NCBI RefSeq assembly: GCF_009914755.1
Contig: NC_060926.1
DNA length: 64,000 bases
Source: the human T2T-CHM13v2.0 reference genome, Homo sapiens
Strand: one strand, 5' to 3'
The notes below the pieces were generated by a model, which worked only from the letters and a program-made list of their open reading frames with translations, had not been told where the DNA came from and made no database searches. Of this stretch, positions 28,896 through 46,145 are shown piece by piece; position 1 is the stretch's first letter; each line of letters begins with the position of its first letter. The translations under genes and the position numbers were made by a program.

Positions 28896-29979
28896 ACAAA
28901 TCAAATGCACTTTTTAGAAAATATTAATGCCAGTATCTCCAGAATAAATTAACTTCACTACTTTACATACATAAATTAATATAGCATATGTCTATGCAAA
29001 ACTATAATCATAAATTATGTATCTGCACCCCAATAATACTACCTATGTTCCTAATCTTTATGAATTGTAAATCTCTTATACAAATAACATTTTAGTTAAC
29101 AAACACACATAAATTGTATATGCAATAACTTCTTACCCCTAACTCTTATTTCCTCCTAACTTATTTATAAACAGGCTACATTATGTTTGACTTGAGGCTT
29201 TCAGTGATATCGCTAACAACAAATTATCTCTTCATTACCTGAGTTATAATGATTCTCATTATCTATGTTCATATTCTTACAAACCACTGAGGAACCAATC
29301 CCTAAATTGAAAATGATTGTTCACCTTCTCTTGAGGCCATTGGGATTAATCTCATTAAATTAACAGCCTTATTTATGTGGGTCACCGCAAAATGCCATCC
29401 CTTATATTCTAGATATTGTTCATATATCCACCAGTCAGACTCTATCTCTCACTTACCTCTGATGTCCTTCCACTGTATGGTTTGGAATTAAATACCTGTC
29501 ATCAACAAAATATTCTATGTCTTCAATCCCTTCAAGGTACAATTTATCTTCTTGCTTATACTGGCTATCCATCCCCTGAGAATATCAATTTCCTTTTCTA
29601 ATTGAGCCTGTAACTCCTTCTTTTTAATCCTTCTCTGGAGATTTATAACTCGTAATGAATGTTAAGCATGTAGACGCTATCACTGAGGTACATAAATATA
29701 ATTTATTTTAGAATTTTGCATACATATATATTAATTGACACACACACAAACACACACATACGCATACATAGAGAGAGAGAGAGATTGTTCTTGGGATCGT
29801 GACATAAATTTCCCCTACCGCTGGATCTGCAGGTTTATTCACTAATGGGTTTCCAGTAGGCAAAACAATGAGCTTGGAACATACTGGGAAAGTAGTAAAC
29901 ATTTGTTGAATTAATATCTTAACTAATAACTTATGTTCCCTCCTACTCTTCACTTACTTCTAGACCACTTTACTTCCTC

Positions 29980-30820
29980 TCTCCTCCCACAAAATTACAA
30001 CTTCTTATAAGTACATGCTTTGTGACTATACCATTAGCTTCCCTTCCATTTTATTCATATACTGGCCTCTTCATCACTCTCATCATATTTTGAATAACAT
30101 AGCACTTGACTTGCTGTCATCCTTGTTTGCAATGTGGATATTGAATCCAAGCAGAAAGTCCAGCCAACACCCTAGCCTCACAGCTCCTTCCTCCCTTGGT
30201 CCCAACAACTTTCAAGTCTTAATTGTAGGTTTTCTACTCTGTGAGCACCATTTCTTCTCTCTCCAGCTTGTATATTCTAATCACTCACTGCAACAATTCT
30301 TTGATGCCAGTGGTATTAATAATTAATTGTTTACACCATTTTTTTTGCCCTTGATAATAGCCTTCCTCTTCTTTCCTTCTTCCCCTGAGTAGATGCCAAG
30401 GTCTTCCTCACAGAGTTTCAATTTCTTGCCCCTCTCTTCTTCCACATTTCTTGCCTGTCAAAACCCCAACTCTGGTTAAACCTAATTCTCTGCCTGCTTT
30501 GCCTACATCTGTTCAGCTGAGCATAGCTATGGAAAAAAATCAGAATCAGGCTGACCTGTTTCATTTCATGTTTATAACCTCAACTCACAAGTTGAATTCA
30601 ACTGAATTTTCTCTATCAATTAACTTACTACAATGTGAGATGAGTATTTCACACCTTCCTCCTCCATATTCAAATCCCTAACACTCTCCCCACTCACTTT
30701 TTCTCTGAGTGACAACATGGATTTTCATTTCACTGAGCAAATAGAAGAAATCAGAAGAACATTTTTATTCTTCCACCACCAAATCCATCAATGATTTATA
30801 TTTCCCTTTTCTCTGGATGT
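29980..30820 (+). mobile_element. L2 internal fragments
   Basis: Pyrimidine-rich L2-like 'aaccccaactctggttaaacc', 'ttcatttcactgagcaaatagaag'. Confidence 0.55.
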
Positions 30821-30834
30821 TGCCTCGGTATTTC

Positions 30835-31119
30835 TTCTGTATTGACTTACCTGGAGCTGGGTAGTCTGGAATAGTCATTCACATGTTTGAAGCTTCAGTT
30901 GGGACAGCTGGGGAAAGTTTCTCTGTGATATCTTATTTTCCACATAGTGGCAGAAATGGTCCAGCAGCAAGAAAAAGCAAGCTCCAATGAACAAGAACTC
31001 ATTTAAACCTTTACTTACTATTATATCATTGACCAAAGCAAGTCACATGGCCAATATTAGAGTTCATGTGGGAGGGGAATACTCAAAAGTGTGCATATAG
31101 GAAAAGAAATAATGGCGAC
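30835..31119 (-). mobile_element. Old MLT1 (J/K-like) LTR, host of the MLT1A0 provirus
   Basis: 'cattgaccaaagcaagtcacatggccaa...tgtgggagggga'. Confidence 0.6.
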
Positions 31120-33027
31120 TGCTATGAACTAAGTGCTTGTGTCCCTCCAAAACTCATATGTTAAAGCCTAAATCTCCCATGTGATGATATTTGAAGGTGA
31201 GGCCTTTGGGAATTAATTAGGTCATGAAGGTAGAGCCCTCGTGAATGAGATTAGTGCCCTTATATAGGAAGGGACAAGAGACCTTACTTTCTTTGTTGTC
31301 CACCATGTGAAAATACAATGAGAAGATGGCCATCTGCAAACCAGAAAGTGGGCTTTCACCAGGCACTGGATCTTCTGGCCACCTCATCTTAGATTTCCCG
31401 GCCTCCAGAACTGTGAGAAATAAATGTTCATTATTTAAATCACCCCGTCTGTGGTATTTTTGTTGTAACAGCCCAAACTGACTAAGATAGAAATTGGTAC
31501 TTAGAAGTGGAGTGCTACTATTTCAAATACCTGAAAATGTGGAAGTGTCTTTGGAAGTAGGTAATGGGTAGAGTCTGGAAAGATTTTGAGGTGCATGCTA
31601 AAAGAATATAATACTGCTATGAGGGGACTTTTAAATGTGAATCTGGTAAGAGCTCAGAAAGTAAAGAAGAGAGCTAGAAAGGTCTCTTTCTTATTAGAGA
31701 ATATATAAGTGATCATGTAATGTCAGCAGAAATATGGACAATAAAGGCCGTTCTCATGTGATCTCAGACAAAAATTGGGAAACATGTTATTGGACAATGG
31801 AGAAAAGGCACTCCTTGTTATACAGTGGCAAGGAACCTGGGTGAATTGTATTCATGTTCTAGTATTTTATGGAAGGTAGAATTTGCAAGCAATACATGTG
31901 GATATTTAGCTAAAAAAAATTTCTGTGTATAGTTTTAAAGGATCAGCTTGGTTCCTCCTGACTGCTTATAGTAAAGTGTGATGAGCAAAAGGAATTGAAG
32001 AGAAAGAAGGAATCATTAAGCAAAAAGGAACCAAAACTTAGAGATTTGGAAAATTCTTAGCCTATCCATGTTGCAGGGGAACACAAGGGGTGTGGCCAGG
32101 CTACCATTTGATAAGAAGATTAGTATGAGTGTGATCCAAGAACCTAATCAGACATCTCAACAGAAGCCAGTTATAGAGACGGAAATACACCACAGAAATA
32201 CTGGCACCAAAATGGAATAAAATGAAGAAAAGTTGTTGGACTTCTTAGACACTACAGCACTGGACCATAGAGCTATTCAACTGCAAAAACATGTTATTCT
32301 TCAAGACAAGAGAAGAATGACCCTCAAGTCATTTTCAGAGTTTATCAGGGCTGCCACTCTCACCAAAGGTCCAGAGTGTATGGGCCTGGGGGACAGGGCT
32401 GCCTCCATCTCAACTTTAAAGGGCAAGACCAATATGTGAACCCACCAATGGGTGGGGTAATATTCTTGGTTCCAATAGGCCATACAGAGGCTGCCCTGAG
32501 CCATGGAGTCATGACCTCCACTTGGCAGAGCAACTGGGGCCTGTGTTTCTTGCCTAGCAGTGCTGCAGAGGCAAAACTTACATCCCACTGGATCCAGAGG
32601 CAGAGCATCATCAAGTCAAGAGGATTATTGCTTAGGTGTAAGCTCTTACAGAGTTTGCCTTGCTAGGTTTTGGAGTTTCTTGAGACCTGACACATCTTTC
32701 TTTCTTCTGATTTCTCCATTTTGGAATGGAAATATTTATCCTATGCCTATCCCATCACTTTATTTTGGAAGTACATAACTTAACGGGTTTCACACGTTCA
32801 CAGGGAGAGAGGAATTTTGGCTCAGAATAAATCATACCTCAAGATTCAACCATATATAATTTAGATAATATTTAGATAAGGCTTTGAACTTTAGATTTGA
32901 TATGAGACTAGGTAAAACATTTCTGTTGGCATGGAATTAATGTATTTTTATTGTGAGAAGGACATGAATTGTGGGGGGCTGGGAATGGAGTGCTATGGGC
33001 TATATGTTTGTGTCCCTCCGAAGTTCA

Positions 33028-34030
<1,003 letters not shown>

Positions 34031-34408
34031 GATAGTCATTTGCAAAGCAGGAAGTGTGCACTCACCAAACATTAGATCTGACGGCAACTTAATCTTGGAT
34101 TTCCCAGCCTCCAGAACTGTGAGAAATAAATGTTTATTATTTTAGCCACCCAGATCCTAATATATTTGTTACAGTAGCCCAAACTGACTAAGATAGCAAC
34201 CGTTTTGCGAACAATACACCTTCTTTTTAGCCCTTTGTTTCTCTTATAATCACTTTCTTGCAAATATAAATGTAGTATTGTTATATTTTTACCATATTTT
34301 ATATGACAGAATTGATGCTTCTTCAGTTGAGCTAGGTACTTACATACTTTTCACATCATTTCTAGGAGAAAAGTTGACCTGACTTTTTGTCTTAATTTTT
34401 ATACGTAG

Positions 34409-34712
<304 letters not shown>

Positions 34713-34829
34713 TGTTGGGGAAATTTTTGCAAATTGATTGTTAGAATGATTTAGGCTAACTGTATTTCTCTGCTCTGTATATTTTAGATTACTCTTAGTA
34801 CTCTTTTATGTCTCTTTATTTTGAATTCG

Positions 34830-36240
34830 TTTAAAACTAAGAATAAATTTTAAAATGGTAGTTTCAGAGTATCCTTCACCCAAATTTTCCCGGTGATAAT
34901 ATTTTACATAACCATTGCCTATTGTCAAAATTAGGAAATTTGAAATTGGTACAATATTATTAACTCAAGCTCAGACCTCATTCATATTTCAACAGTTTCT
35001 ACATGCAGATTTTTGGTATGTGTGTGTATAGTTCTACAAAATTTTATCACATGTGTAGATTAGAGCAATCAATGCAACCAACACCATAATCAGGATACAG
35101 ATTTGTCCACAACCATTTAAAAACTCTTTCATGTTACCCCTTAATTACCATACTCTCCCGCCTACTCTTAACTGTTGGCAACCACTGATCTGTTCTAGAT
35201 CACTGTCATTGTCAAATCAAAATTATTATATTAATAGAATCATATAGTATGTGACCATCTGAAGTTTGCTTTTTTTTTCATTTAGCATAATGCCCTTGAG
35301 ATTTATTCAACTATTGGGTGTATCAATAGTTCCTTCCTTTTTATTGCTGAATAATAGTCTATTGTATATAAACATCATAGTTTATTTATTCACTCCTTGA
35401 AGGATATCTGGAATATTTCCAGTTTGGGAATATCACAGATAAAGCTGTAATGAGCATTTACATATAGGTTTTGTTTGAACATAAGTCTTCATTTCTCTAG
35501 GATATGTGTCCATGAATGCAGTTCCTGGGTTGTATGTTAAATATATGTTTAACATTATTTTAAAAAGTGCAAATTGTTTTTCTAGTCTGTGGTATTTTAC
35601 ACAATGATTGGCAATAATGAGAAATCCAGTTTCTCTGCATCCTTATCAGCATTTATTACTATCAGTATTTCTTATCTTCTCTATTCTAACGTGTGGTGGT
35701 ATCTCATAATGGTTTTAATTGGTATTTCTACCATGGCTAATAATGTTAGACATCTTATTATGTACATACTTGCCACCTATATGTCTTTTTTGGTGAAGTA
35801 ACTTTAATTTCTGGCCTATTTTCTGGTTGAGTTGTTTGTTTTCTTAACTGTTGAGTTTCTGTTGAAAGTGCCCTGTGTATTCTGGATATACATCGTTTGT
35901 CCTTTAGGTCAAGGACATTTTTTTTGGCTTACAAATTTCTAATTTTTCCAATACCATATGATGAAAATTTGTAAGCAAAACTAAAACAAATAAAGTACCT
36001 AATTTTCGAGAAAGGCACAGAAACAATTCCCTTGAGGAAAGAAAAAATCCATAGTCTATGTGGATCTGTTTCTGGTTCTCTGTTCTATTCTACTGATCTA
36101 TGCACAGTCTTTCACAAATATCATATAGTTTTGATTATTATAACCGTATAGTAAGTCTTAAAATCAGATAGAGTGATTCCTTCAGCAATTTTTCTTTTTC
36201 TTTCAAAATTGTTTTGACTGTTCTATTTTCCTTGTCTTGC
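34830..36240 (-). mobile_element. L1MC/L1MD-type 3' region
   Basis: 'ggcaaccactgatctgttct', 'ttagcataatgcccttgagattt', 'gtggtatctcataatggttttaatt'. Confidence 0.75.
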
Positions 36241-37405
36241 CAGTCTTATTTTTCCTCTTATCTAAAAATTACTTTAACCTGACTTTGCTGATCATCAATT
36301 GCTGTATTCCTTTTCTAGTTAATTTCTGCACTTTTTTAAAATTTTTGACTCTCAGTAGTATCTAATTTATTCCTGTTATTTACTCATGCTAACTTCTCAG
36401 AATTAGTTTCCCTGTAGGCTCTTCTCCAGCAATCCACCTATAGTTTTTCCTTCAAATTTGAGTTGGAGACTATCGTTTCCTAAGAAATATTCCTGTCTAA
36501 CCTCAAAGTGTAATAGCTACACTTTCTTTTCCCCTTATTAGGGTCAAACTGTGAGTTTTTATGACCTTAAGCACACACACAGATAAACAGACACGCAAAT
36601 GCATTTCTGCATATAATTCAAAATTTAAAAATTAAAACAAGCAATAAAGGAAGTGTGTAACAAATCCCATCAAAATTTGACTTCTCCTCATGAAGACCCC
36701 ATTGATGCTACTCTATTTGCTCGTATTTGGAATACGAAATTCTTTTTAAAAATTCTCTCTCTCACTCTCTAATTTTTTTTGTTTTTATCTTTGCCTTTAA
36801 CCACCTCCCCAATTTGATGCAGATGCTTTGCTGGTGGTTTAGGAATATGCATTATCTTTTTATTGAGTAATCCAACACTAGCTTTTATGAATAATTTGTT
36901 CTATGTCATTAAGCATTCACATTTCTGCTCTAGCTCTCTTTATCTTTGCTGTCTCTGCCATGTGACAATCACCTGATTTGTCTCTCTCTTTTAAATTACT
37001 CCATGGAGCCCCTAATCTGATGCCATATTATTTTATTCTCTGCCTCACATTTTACCTTAGAATTTATTCTTAAATCTTCATCCCTTTTCAAAATAAATGT
37101 ATTTTACACATATTCCTGTATATATTTCTGTTACATTTTTTGCCAAAGATTGCAAACAGTTAAATTACTTCTCTAATACTCTTCTCTTTTTTAAAAGGTA
37201 TATTTCCCTCAGTGCTTGAACTTAACTAAATAGTCCCTCAGAACTTCTTTTCATAATTAAATTATTTGATAGGGTCTCTTGGGCCTTGTGTTTGCACAGC
37301 CATACTGAATGTGAACTAAATAATTCTGAGTACTTTTTGAAACTTTCTTTTTACAAACAGTAATGTATTATTTAGAAGACAGAGCAATAGGATTGTTCAT
37401 ATTGA

Positions 37406-37769
<364 letters not shown>

Positions 37770-38915
37770 TACAATAGTTCTTTTTAATGTGCGTTTTTTA
37801 CTCATCCAACATGGCTAATCTCTAATGAATTAAAAACATTTTGCCAAACAGATCACAACCCTTCACCTTCAAATGTACATTTGTTGGTATTGTGAGGTCT
37901 TTGGTACTCAACCTTGGTCATCAAAGCAAATAAGTTTTGACTGAGGACTGACAGAATATTCTCACTGAATATTTAACTCCTAAATTATTTACCATGCCTA
38001 CTTAGGCCTTCATTTTTATTGCATAATGAGGCGTATGAAAGCACATTTTAGTCTGACAAAATAAAATCCACACAGAAACTATGTACAAAGATGCTTGTGA
38101 ACCTACATGCTGGTAAGGAATTGTGAAGCAGAATATTCAGGTTATTTTATAAAATTAACATTAATTGAAATGACTTCTTTCTGCTCCTTTGGCAAATCTT
38201 TCCTGAATAAGTATACTTCAGTGAGTACAATTCTTACACGTGTGAACAAAATGTAGCCTTTGTTCAGATGACAGAAAAATCTATAATGTAGGATCAGAAG
38301 TAACTGCAGCTTCCTTCACTGCATATATCTGTAGTTAGGTGACATGAACTGACACATATTTCTTATTCATGAGTTCTACAGTGTGAGAAGGAGGATTCAC
38401 CTGAATATTAAACTGTTATAAACTGTTAATATATTCTAGCTAGAATTAATTAAGCTGGTCACATTATTTCAAAGAAAAGGTTCGTGTAGTGTCTGCTTCA
38501 TACATATCAATGCTTCTCATTTGGATTCCAGTTCCTGTGGCCCGCAGCAGTCTTTGCAAATGTATCTTTATTTTTCTTTATTCTTCTAAGAATTAAGAAA
38601 AACGAGATTTGGAAAAAAAACCTCAAACTTTCAAGTGACCTTTTCTTCTGTTCACATAGTTACAGACATTTTGCTGTAACATGTATGAGCTTTTTGAGGG
38701 GCACATATGCACAGTCTCACATCTCATGTTTAAGCCCTTTCCTCTTCTTTGATTGTTTCAGTTGAAATAAGAACACAGGTCACACCGCCCTTTAACAGTG
38801 GAGTCTGCTGTTTAAAAGGTGTGTGGGGCATTGTACTAACATCAGTAGCTTCTAAATTGCCTTTGTACTTTAAGATTATTTTACAGATATTATTTAGAAC
38901 AGCCATAGTTTGTTT

Positions 38916-39313
38916 GCTTGCTTCCTTCCTTCCTTGCTTCCTCCCTCTCTCCTTCCCTCCCTCCCTCCCTCCCTCCTTCCTTCTCTCTCTTTTCTTTTTT
39001 CTTTCTTTTTTTTTTTTTTTTTTTTCCCTCAAGACGGTCTTGCTCTGTCGCCCAGACTGGAGTGCAGTGGCATGATCACGGCTCACTGCAGCCTCAAATT
39101 CCCAGGCTCAAGTGATCCTCCCATATTAACCTTCTGAGTAGCTGGGACCACAGGCTTGTGCCAACATGCCCTGCTAATTTTGGGGGACCTTGAAGGTAGA
39201 GACAGTGTCTCTCTATGTTGCCCAGGCTGGCCTTGAATTCCTGTGCTTAAGTGATCTTCTGCCTTGGCCTCCCAAAGTGTTGGGATTACAGGTGTAAGCC
39301 ACCACGCCTAGCC
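38916..39313 (-). mobile_element. AluJ with (CT/CCCT)-rich expanded tail
   Basis: TSD catagtttgttt 38904-38915 / 39317-39328. Confidence 0.9.
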
Positions 39314-39894
39314 TGACATAGTTTGTTTTTTTTTTTAATAATACATTTAGCATAAATTGATTAATATTTTTCCTCTGAAGCACTTTTAGTTTGATAAGCA
39401 AGATATTTAAAATACCACCCCAATATACAAACCTTCAAGCCTTAGGAGTCAAGTTCTCCTATTTGAAATTCAGGATTTCATAATTTAGGAATGATGTAAA
39501 TCCTGATTAAGTAAGGAAATTGAGGAAAATTTTAGGAAGTATAAAATGTACTTTCCTTCATATTTATAAAAGCTTGTAGCATTTAAAATTTGGTTGTCAT
39601 AATGATACAAAATAAACATTCAAATAGAAATGTCAATTATAAACTAAATTTTAAAATTCATCTAAGAATAGCAAAAGTAATAGAATATACATGGATTCAG
39701 AGTCATAATAGTAACATATCTCTTAAAGGTAGAGAAACATTCAAGATCAAGACAACAACATAGCAGAGCCTGCCATGATTTCTCCTGTTCTCAATTTAAA
39801 TAGTTATACAATATGCAAAAGACAAAAGCACATAAAAGAGAAAATATGAATAAGAGGCAAAAGAATGACTGAGCCAGACTTCATTCCCACTTCA

Positions 39895-40400
39895 TTTGAT
39901 TTATTTATATTCTCTTCTTTCAAGAAAAGATTTAAACCAGTTTACAAGGATAAACAAAATATGACAAAAGAGTATAAATTAAAGTTGGAAGAAATAAGAA
40001 AGGATAAACATTGAGGAGATAAATGGAGCCAGGAATATGCCAAAATGCATGCTATAATAACTCACTGGCTGACGTTGAGTCACACATTCATATTTAAGCT
40101 TTCAAATAGCCAAGCAAAAGACATAGTTATTTTCATTTGTATAACTGAGGATGTTTTGAGATTCGCTAAAACCAAATATTAAAAACAAAGACACACAACT
40201 ATATTGGTACTAAGGAAGGATTTTAACTGATGGAGCGCATCAAAGAACATAGGCAGGTGCATTAAATGATGTTATAAAGAATATCCTTGTAATGGTAAGT
40301 TTCATAGAGTGGCTTTCATGATAAATTAATATATTCTAAGAATATTACTTATGGACAATCACTGAGGGATGATCTAAAGGATTACCAGTTGGAGGTACAA
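39895..40400 (-). mobile_element. Possible ancient L4 (RTE-X) LINE fragment
   Basis: 'tttcaagaaaagatttaaaccagtttacaa' resembles recalled L4 end; weak. Confidence 0.35.
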
Positions 40401-41299
40401 TGATTCTCTACAGAAAATTGTTTTGAATCATCTTTAGACTATAGATAATTTAAGGAAACCTAAATATGAGAAGAATACAAAAATGCATCGAAAACAAATG
40501 AAGAGTGTAACTGATACTGAAGAAAATTGAAATAGTGATATGGAGAACACATTTTAAAGGGCATGGTAGAATGCAGAAATACATAAAAATGTAATTAATA
40601 AAGAAAATAGAGGATAGAGCATCAAGCTTCAGAAAACAAGGAGACGTTTATAGAGATTTTTGGTCATAAAAGACAGTTGTAACCATTCATAAAATGCTAT
40701 GCCTTCCATATTTTCTATTAAAATAAAAACATATAAATAAAAGAATAAAATTAGATCAACATTGAAAAATAAGATGCTGAAAATGTACATGCTAAAAAAT
40801 AATGGCTATCCAATTTATAAATCTTCACATGCAAAATTAAATTTGTCTGAAGAGAACATAGAAAAGAGTCTTCACTGGGCCAACACACAGACATACTCAA
40901 ATTTGAAAGAGTCAGAACTAAATTAAAGATAGGCTCTGGAATAGTTTTTCTTAGATCAGCCCCTAATGCTAATTTGGGAACCATAGAATGATAGATCATG
41001 GAACCCATTCTAACCGTGGATGGAGGGCTAAGAAATGTAAGGAATACTGTCCATCGTAGATCCCCTTAAGGATAATTTGGACTTCAAAGAAATAACCAAT
41101 AGCTGAAATATGGGTGTCAAGTCTTTACCAGAATGAGAAAGCTCCCTGTCAAAAGACAAAGTTAGCTGTAGCTTCATTCTCATTTCTTATGTGTAAGTAG
41201 AATTTTAAAATAACAAGTTTCAATCACCAGATATCTTAAAATCTCCTCAGCCCTTTTGGAATAAAACTAACAAACTGGACAGGTAAACACATAATTGTA

Positions 41300-42250
41300 G
41301 AAACCTTCCCAAAGAAAATGATATAGAACACATATAATTGCTTTCTACTAGTCATGAAAAAAGTGAGAAATATTACATATATGATGAAAAGGACTAGTAG
41401 TTCAAAAGAAGGACACTATGAAGAATCAGCATAAAGGTCTTTCTGTGAATATTTTTTCAACAAAGCAATGTTTAAAACTATATTTTTAATCCCCCAAAAC
41501 TTAGAAAATATACTTAATACTTCAAATGGGAACAATCTGAAATAAAGATTACTTTAAATAAAAATCAAAATGTCTGAATATTCAGAGAAAACAAGAAACA
41601 ACATACTGAAAACAAGCAGAACAAAAAATATTTTAACATCCAAAGGAAAATTTTAAAGAATAAATAGGTTGGGGGCCATTTAGGAAAAGGAGAAAAACTT
41701 ACAGAAGAAAAAGTATATAAAAAAGTAATATGTCAAAAGAAATTCCCAGAGCTAAAGAAACATTTAGGTCTTGGGACACAAATGTATCCCAGAATACTTA
41801 GAAAAATTAAGGTAAAAATCTTTATACACACAGAGACACATACACGTGACACATACATCATGGTGAATTTGGAAATTTTTAAAAAATGAAATTGAGAAAT
41901 CAATTTAAGGAAAAATTAAAAAGAAAAAAATTTTTAAATTATTAGCATTCTGAAATGAATTTTTTCATAAAGTTTACCAGATTTTTTTACTATGTAAAGT
42001 ATTAACAGAAACGTTCAAGTAGAAGTTTAAGAAGGAAGAAATTATAATTCAAGAATTCCATATCCATAAAAACTGACCCAAATTATCAGGATAAAAAGGC
42101 ATCCTTTACATAAAAAAATGAAAAAGTACTCAAAGCAATTCATTAAATGAACCAAAAGATTGTATGCAATGATGAAGAAAAGGCGATGTAATGAAAATGG
42201 TGAATTGTGGAAACTGCAAAATAGAATAAATGTCTAAATGAATGTTGTCA
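41300..42250 (+). mobile_element. Ancient L1 ORF1-like/HAL1 remnant
   Basis: A-rich; 'aaattcccagagctaaagaaacat', 'caagaattccatatccataaaaact' resemble ORF1 C-terminal DNA. Confidence 0.5.
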
Positions 42251-42284
42251 GGAAACACAGCCCATGCAATGGATATAGATAGAT

Positions 42285-43965
42285 ATAAATATAATACACA
42301 TACCACAAAATTTACTCATTTAAAGTTTACAATTCAGTATTTTTAGTACATTCAGACAATTGTGCAACCATTGCTATAATCCAATGTTAGAACAATCTTA
42401 TCACACCAAAAAGAAGCTCCACTCTCATAAAGAGTCACTCCTATTTTTTTTTTTTTTTTGAGACAGAGTCTCACTGTTGCCAGGCTGTAGTGCTGCGGCA
42501 CAATCTTTGCTCCTTAAAACCACTAATCTACTTTCCATTTTATAGATTTGCCTATTCTGAGCATTTTATATAAATGGAATCATATAATATGCAACCTTTG
42601 GTGACTGGTTTCTTTTATATTTTGAAAGTTCATCAATGTTGTAGTATGTATCAATAGCTTATCCATTTTTATTGCCAAATACTGTTGTGTCATATAGATA
42701 TACCACATTTGTCTATCTAGTCATTTGAAACATTTCTACTTTTTGGTTATTATGAATTATGAAAGATTTATGTACAGGTTTTTGTTTGGACATATGTTTT
42801 CTCTTTTAATTTTTATTTTACTTTAAGTTCTGGGATACACGTATAGAATGTGCAGGTTTGTTACATAGATATACATGTGTCATGGTGGTTTGCTGCACCT
42901 ATCAACCCGTCATCTAGGTTTTAAGCCCTGCATACATTAGGTTGGACATATGTTTTCATTACTGTTGGGTATATAACTAGGAGCTGAATTGCTGGATCCC
43001 ACAGTGACTGTAGGTTAATGTTTAAAAGAGCTACCAAACTGTTTTCCATAGTGCTATTTTTATTCCTACCAGCAGTCTATGAGAAATTCCCAATTCTCCA
43101 CATTGTTGCTAACACTTGTTATTATCTAGTTTTAAAAATATTATGATTATTATAGCTGTCTTAGTAGCTGTGAAGTCATAAAACATTGTGATTTTAATTT
43201 GCATTTTCCTGATAGTAACGTTGTGTTTTCCATTCACATTTTATTCATGTGCATGTCTTCTTTGAATAAATGTCTATTCATATTCATTGCCCATTTTAAA
43301 TTCATTTATGTAAGTTTTATTCAGTTGTAAGATTTCTTTACATATTTCTTTTATTTCTTTTTTTATTAGGCAAATAATTTTCAAATTTTTTCCTATTTTC
43401 TGGCTCGTCTGTTCACTTTTTATGGTATATTTTGCAGCACAAATGCCTTTAATTTTGGTTAAATGATTTATCAATTCTTCAAAGAATAAATTTATAATTT
43501 CTTCATTGCTTGTACTTTGGGTGTTGCATCTAAGAAGTCATTACCAAACACAAGATAATGAGCATTTACTCTTATTTTTCTTATGTTTTCTTCCAGGAGT
43601 TTTATGATTTTGACCTTTAAATTTAGGTCTATGATCCATTTTGAGTTAATTTTGGTCTATGTTATAAAGAAAGTTCAACTGTATTCTTTTACATGTGGAT
43701 GTTCACTTGTTCAAACTTTAGTTGAAAAGACATTTGATGAAAACGCTATTTCATCCTTGACTTGTTGGGGTACGCTTGTTGAAAATCATTTAACTATAAA
43801 TATAATAGTTTATTATTAGACTCTTAATTCTGTCAGATTGATCTACATGTCTATCCTTATAATAGTACCACACTGTCTTAATTACTGTAGCTTTATAGTA
43901 AGTTTTGAAGTCAGGATTTTCCAACTTTGTTCTTTTTTAAGATCACTTTAATCTGGATCTCTTGG
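42285..43965 (-). mobile_element. L1MB-type 3' end and ORF2 C-terminus (element continues at about 49530-54640)
   Basis: 'aatttactcatttaaagtttacaattcagt', ORF 43274-43474 ORF2-like; contains an Alu 3' fragment at 42443-42512. Confidence 0.8.
42802..42941 (-). mobile_element. 140-bp 5'-truncated L1PA (about L1PA10) insertion
   Basis: Perfect 16-bp TSD ttggacatatgttttc 42786-42801 / 42942-42957. Confidence 0.88.
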
Positions 43966-44253
43966 ATTTCTGTATTATTAGCTATAAGTCTACTCAGATG
44001 TTCTATTTCATGATTAATTATGGTAGGTTTTGTGTTTCTAGGAATTTGTTCATTTCATCCACACTATCCAATACATTGGCATATAATTATTCACACTACT
44101 TTTTTATAATCATTGTTATTTCTGTACAATCAACAGTAATATCCCTATTTTCATTTCTGATTTTAGTAATTTGAGTTTTTTCTCTTTTTTCTTAGTTCAT
44201 CTAGATAAAAGTTTGTCAATTTTGTTGAACTTTTCAAAGAACCAATTTTTGGT

Positions 44254-44559
44254 TTTTATTTATTATTTATTTATTTATTTATTTATTTTTTGAGATGGAG
44301 TTTCGCTCTTGTCTCCCAGGCAACAATCTCGGCTCACTGCAATCTCCGCCTCCCAGGTTCAAGCAATTCTCCTGCCTCAGCTTCCTGAGTAGTTGGGATT
44401 ACGCATTCACCACCATGCCTGGCTAATTTTTGTATTATTAGTAGAGATGGGGTTTCACCATTTTGGCCAGACTGGTCTTGAACTCCTGACCTCAGGTGAT
44501 CTGCCCGCCTCGGCCTCCCAAAAGGCTGTGATTACAGGCATAAGCCACCACGCCAGGCC
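44254..44559 (-). mobile_element. AluS with (TTTA)n tail and a small internal deletion
   Basis: Alu dimer sequence. Confidence 0.92.
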
Positions 44560-44723
44560 TTTATTGATTTTTTAAATTGTTTTTCTATTCTCTTTTTTGT
44601 TTATCTCTGCTCTCATCTGTATTATTTCTTTCCTTCTGTTAGATTTAGGCTTAGTTTGTTCTTATAGTTCCTTAGTTTGTTCTTATAGTTCCTTAAGTTC
44701 CTTAAGTAAAGGCAGGTTGATGA

Positions 44724-45167
<444 letters not shown>

Positions 45168-46145
45168 TAAATTTTCCTTGTAATTTCTTCTTTGATCCAT
45201 TGATTGTTAATTATGTTGTTTAATTTCCAATGATTTCTAAATTTTCCAGTTTTTCTCTGTTATTAATTTCTAACTTCATCTCGTTGTACTCAGAGAAGAT
45301 ACTTTGTATCTTTTAAATCTATTGAGATTTAATTTGTGGCCTAAAATATGGTCTATCCTGGAAAATGTACCATGTCTACTTAAGAAGAATGTGTATGTAG
45401 CTGCTGGTATGTTGAGTGCTCTGTGTTTGTTGGATCTAGTTGCTTTATTATGATGTTTATGTTCTCTTCTCATACTTATCTTTTCTCTGGTGGTTCTGTC
45501 CATTATTGAAATGCAGGACACTGAAGTCTCCAACTATTACAGAACTATTTCTCCATTCAATTTTGTTAGTTTTTGCTGGTCAGACCATTGATGGTCTGTT
45601 ATTCATTGTGTAAATGTTTACAATTATTATATCTTCTTGCAATATTGAAACTTTTACTAATATATGGGGACCTGCTTTGGCTCTGATTAACTTTTAAAAT
45701 TAATGTATATTTTGTCTGCTGGTATAGCCATCGTTGCTTTATTATTTGCATGAACTTTTTTTTTTTCACTTTCAATCTACTTGAGATTTTGGATCTAAAC
45801 TGAATCGGTTGCAAACAGGATATAGTTAGATCATGGTTTTTAATCCATTCTGCTAATCTGTCTTTTCATTGGAGAGTTTAATCCATTTAATTTAAATTAA
45901 TTACTGATGAAGAAGCACTTCTGTTTTATTGCTATTTCTTTTCCATATACCTTATAAATATTCTTTTCTTTATTTCCAGCATTACTGTCTTCTTTTGTGT
46001 TTAGTTGACTTTTTTAGTAGTGAAATGTTTCAATTACTTCCTTTGTGTGTATTTTATAGCTATTTTCTTTGTGGTTACCATAGAGATTACATTTAACATC
46101 CTAAAGTTATAGCACTATAATTTGAATTTATACCAGCTTAACTTC

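Noticed and set aside
32233-32778. Overlapping ORFs in the provirus interior
   Set aside because: Short and interrupted MaLR internal sequence; no gag or pol motifs
38730-39137. K/E/R-rich and F/S/L-rich ORFs
   Set aside because: Alu tail low-complexity translation; the same applies to the other Alu-derived ORFs (13666, 44766, 56298, 58574)
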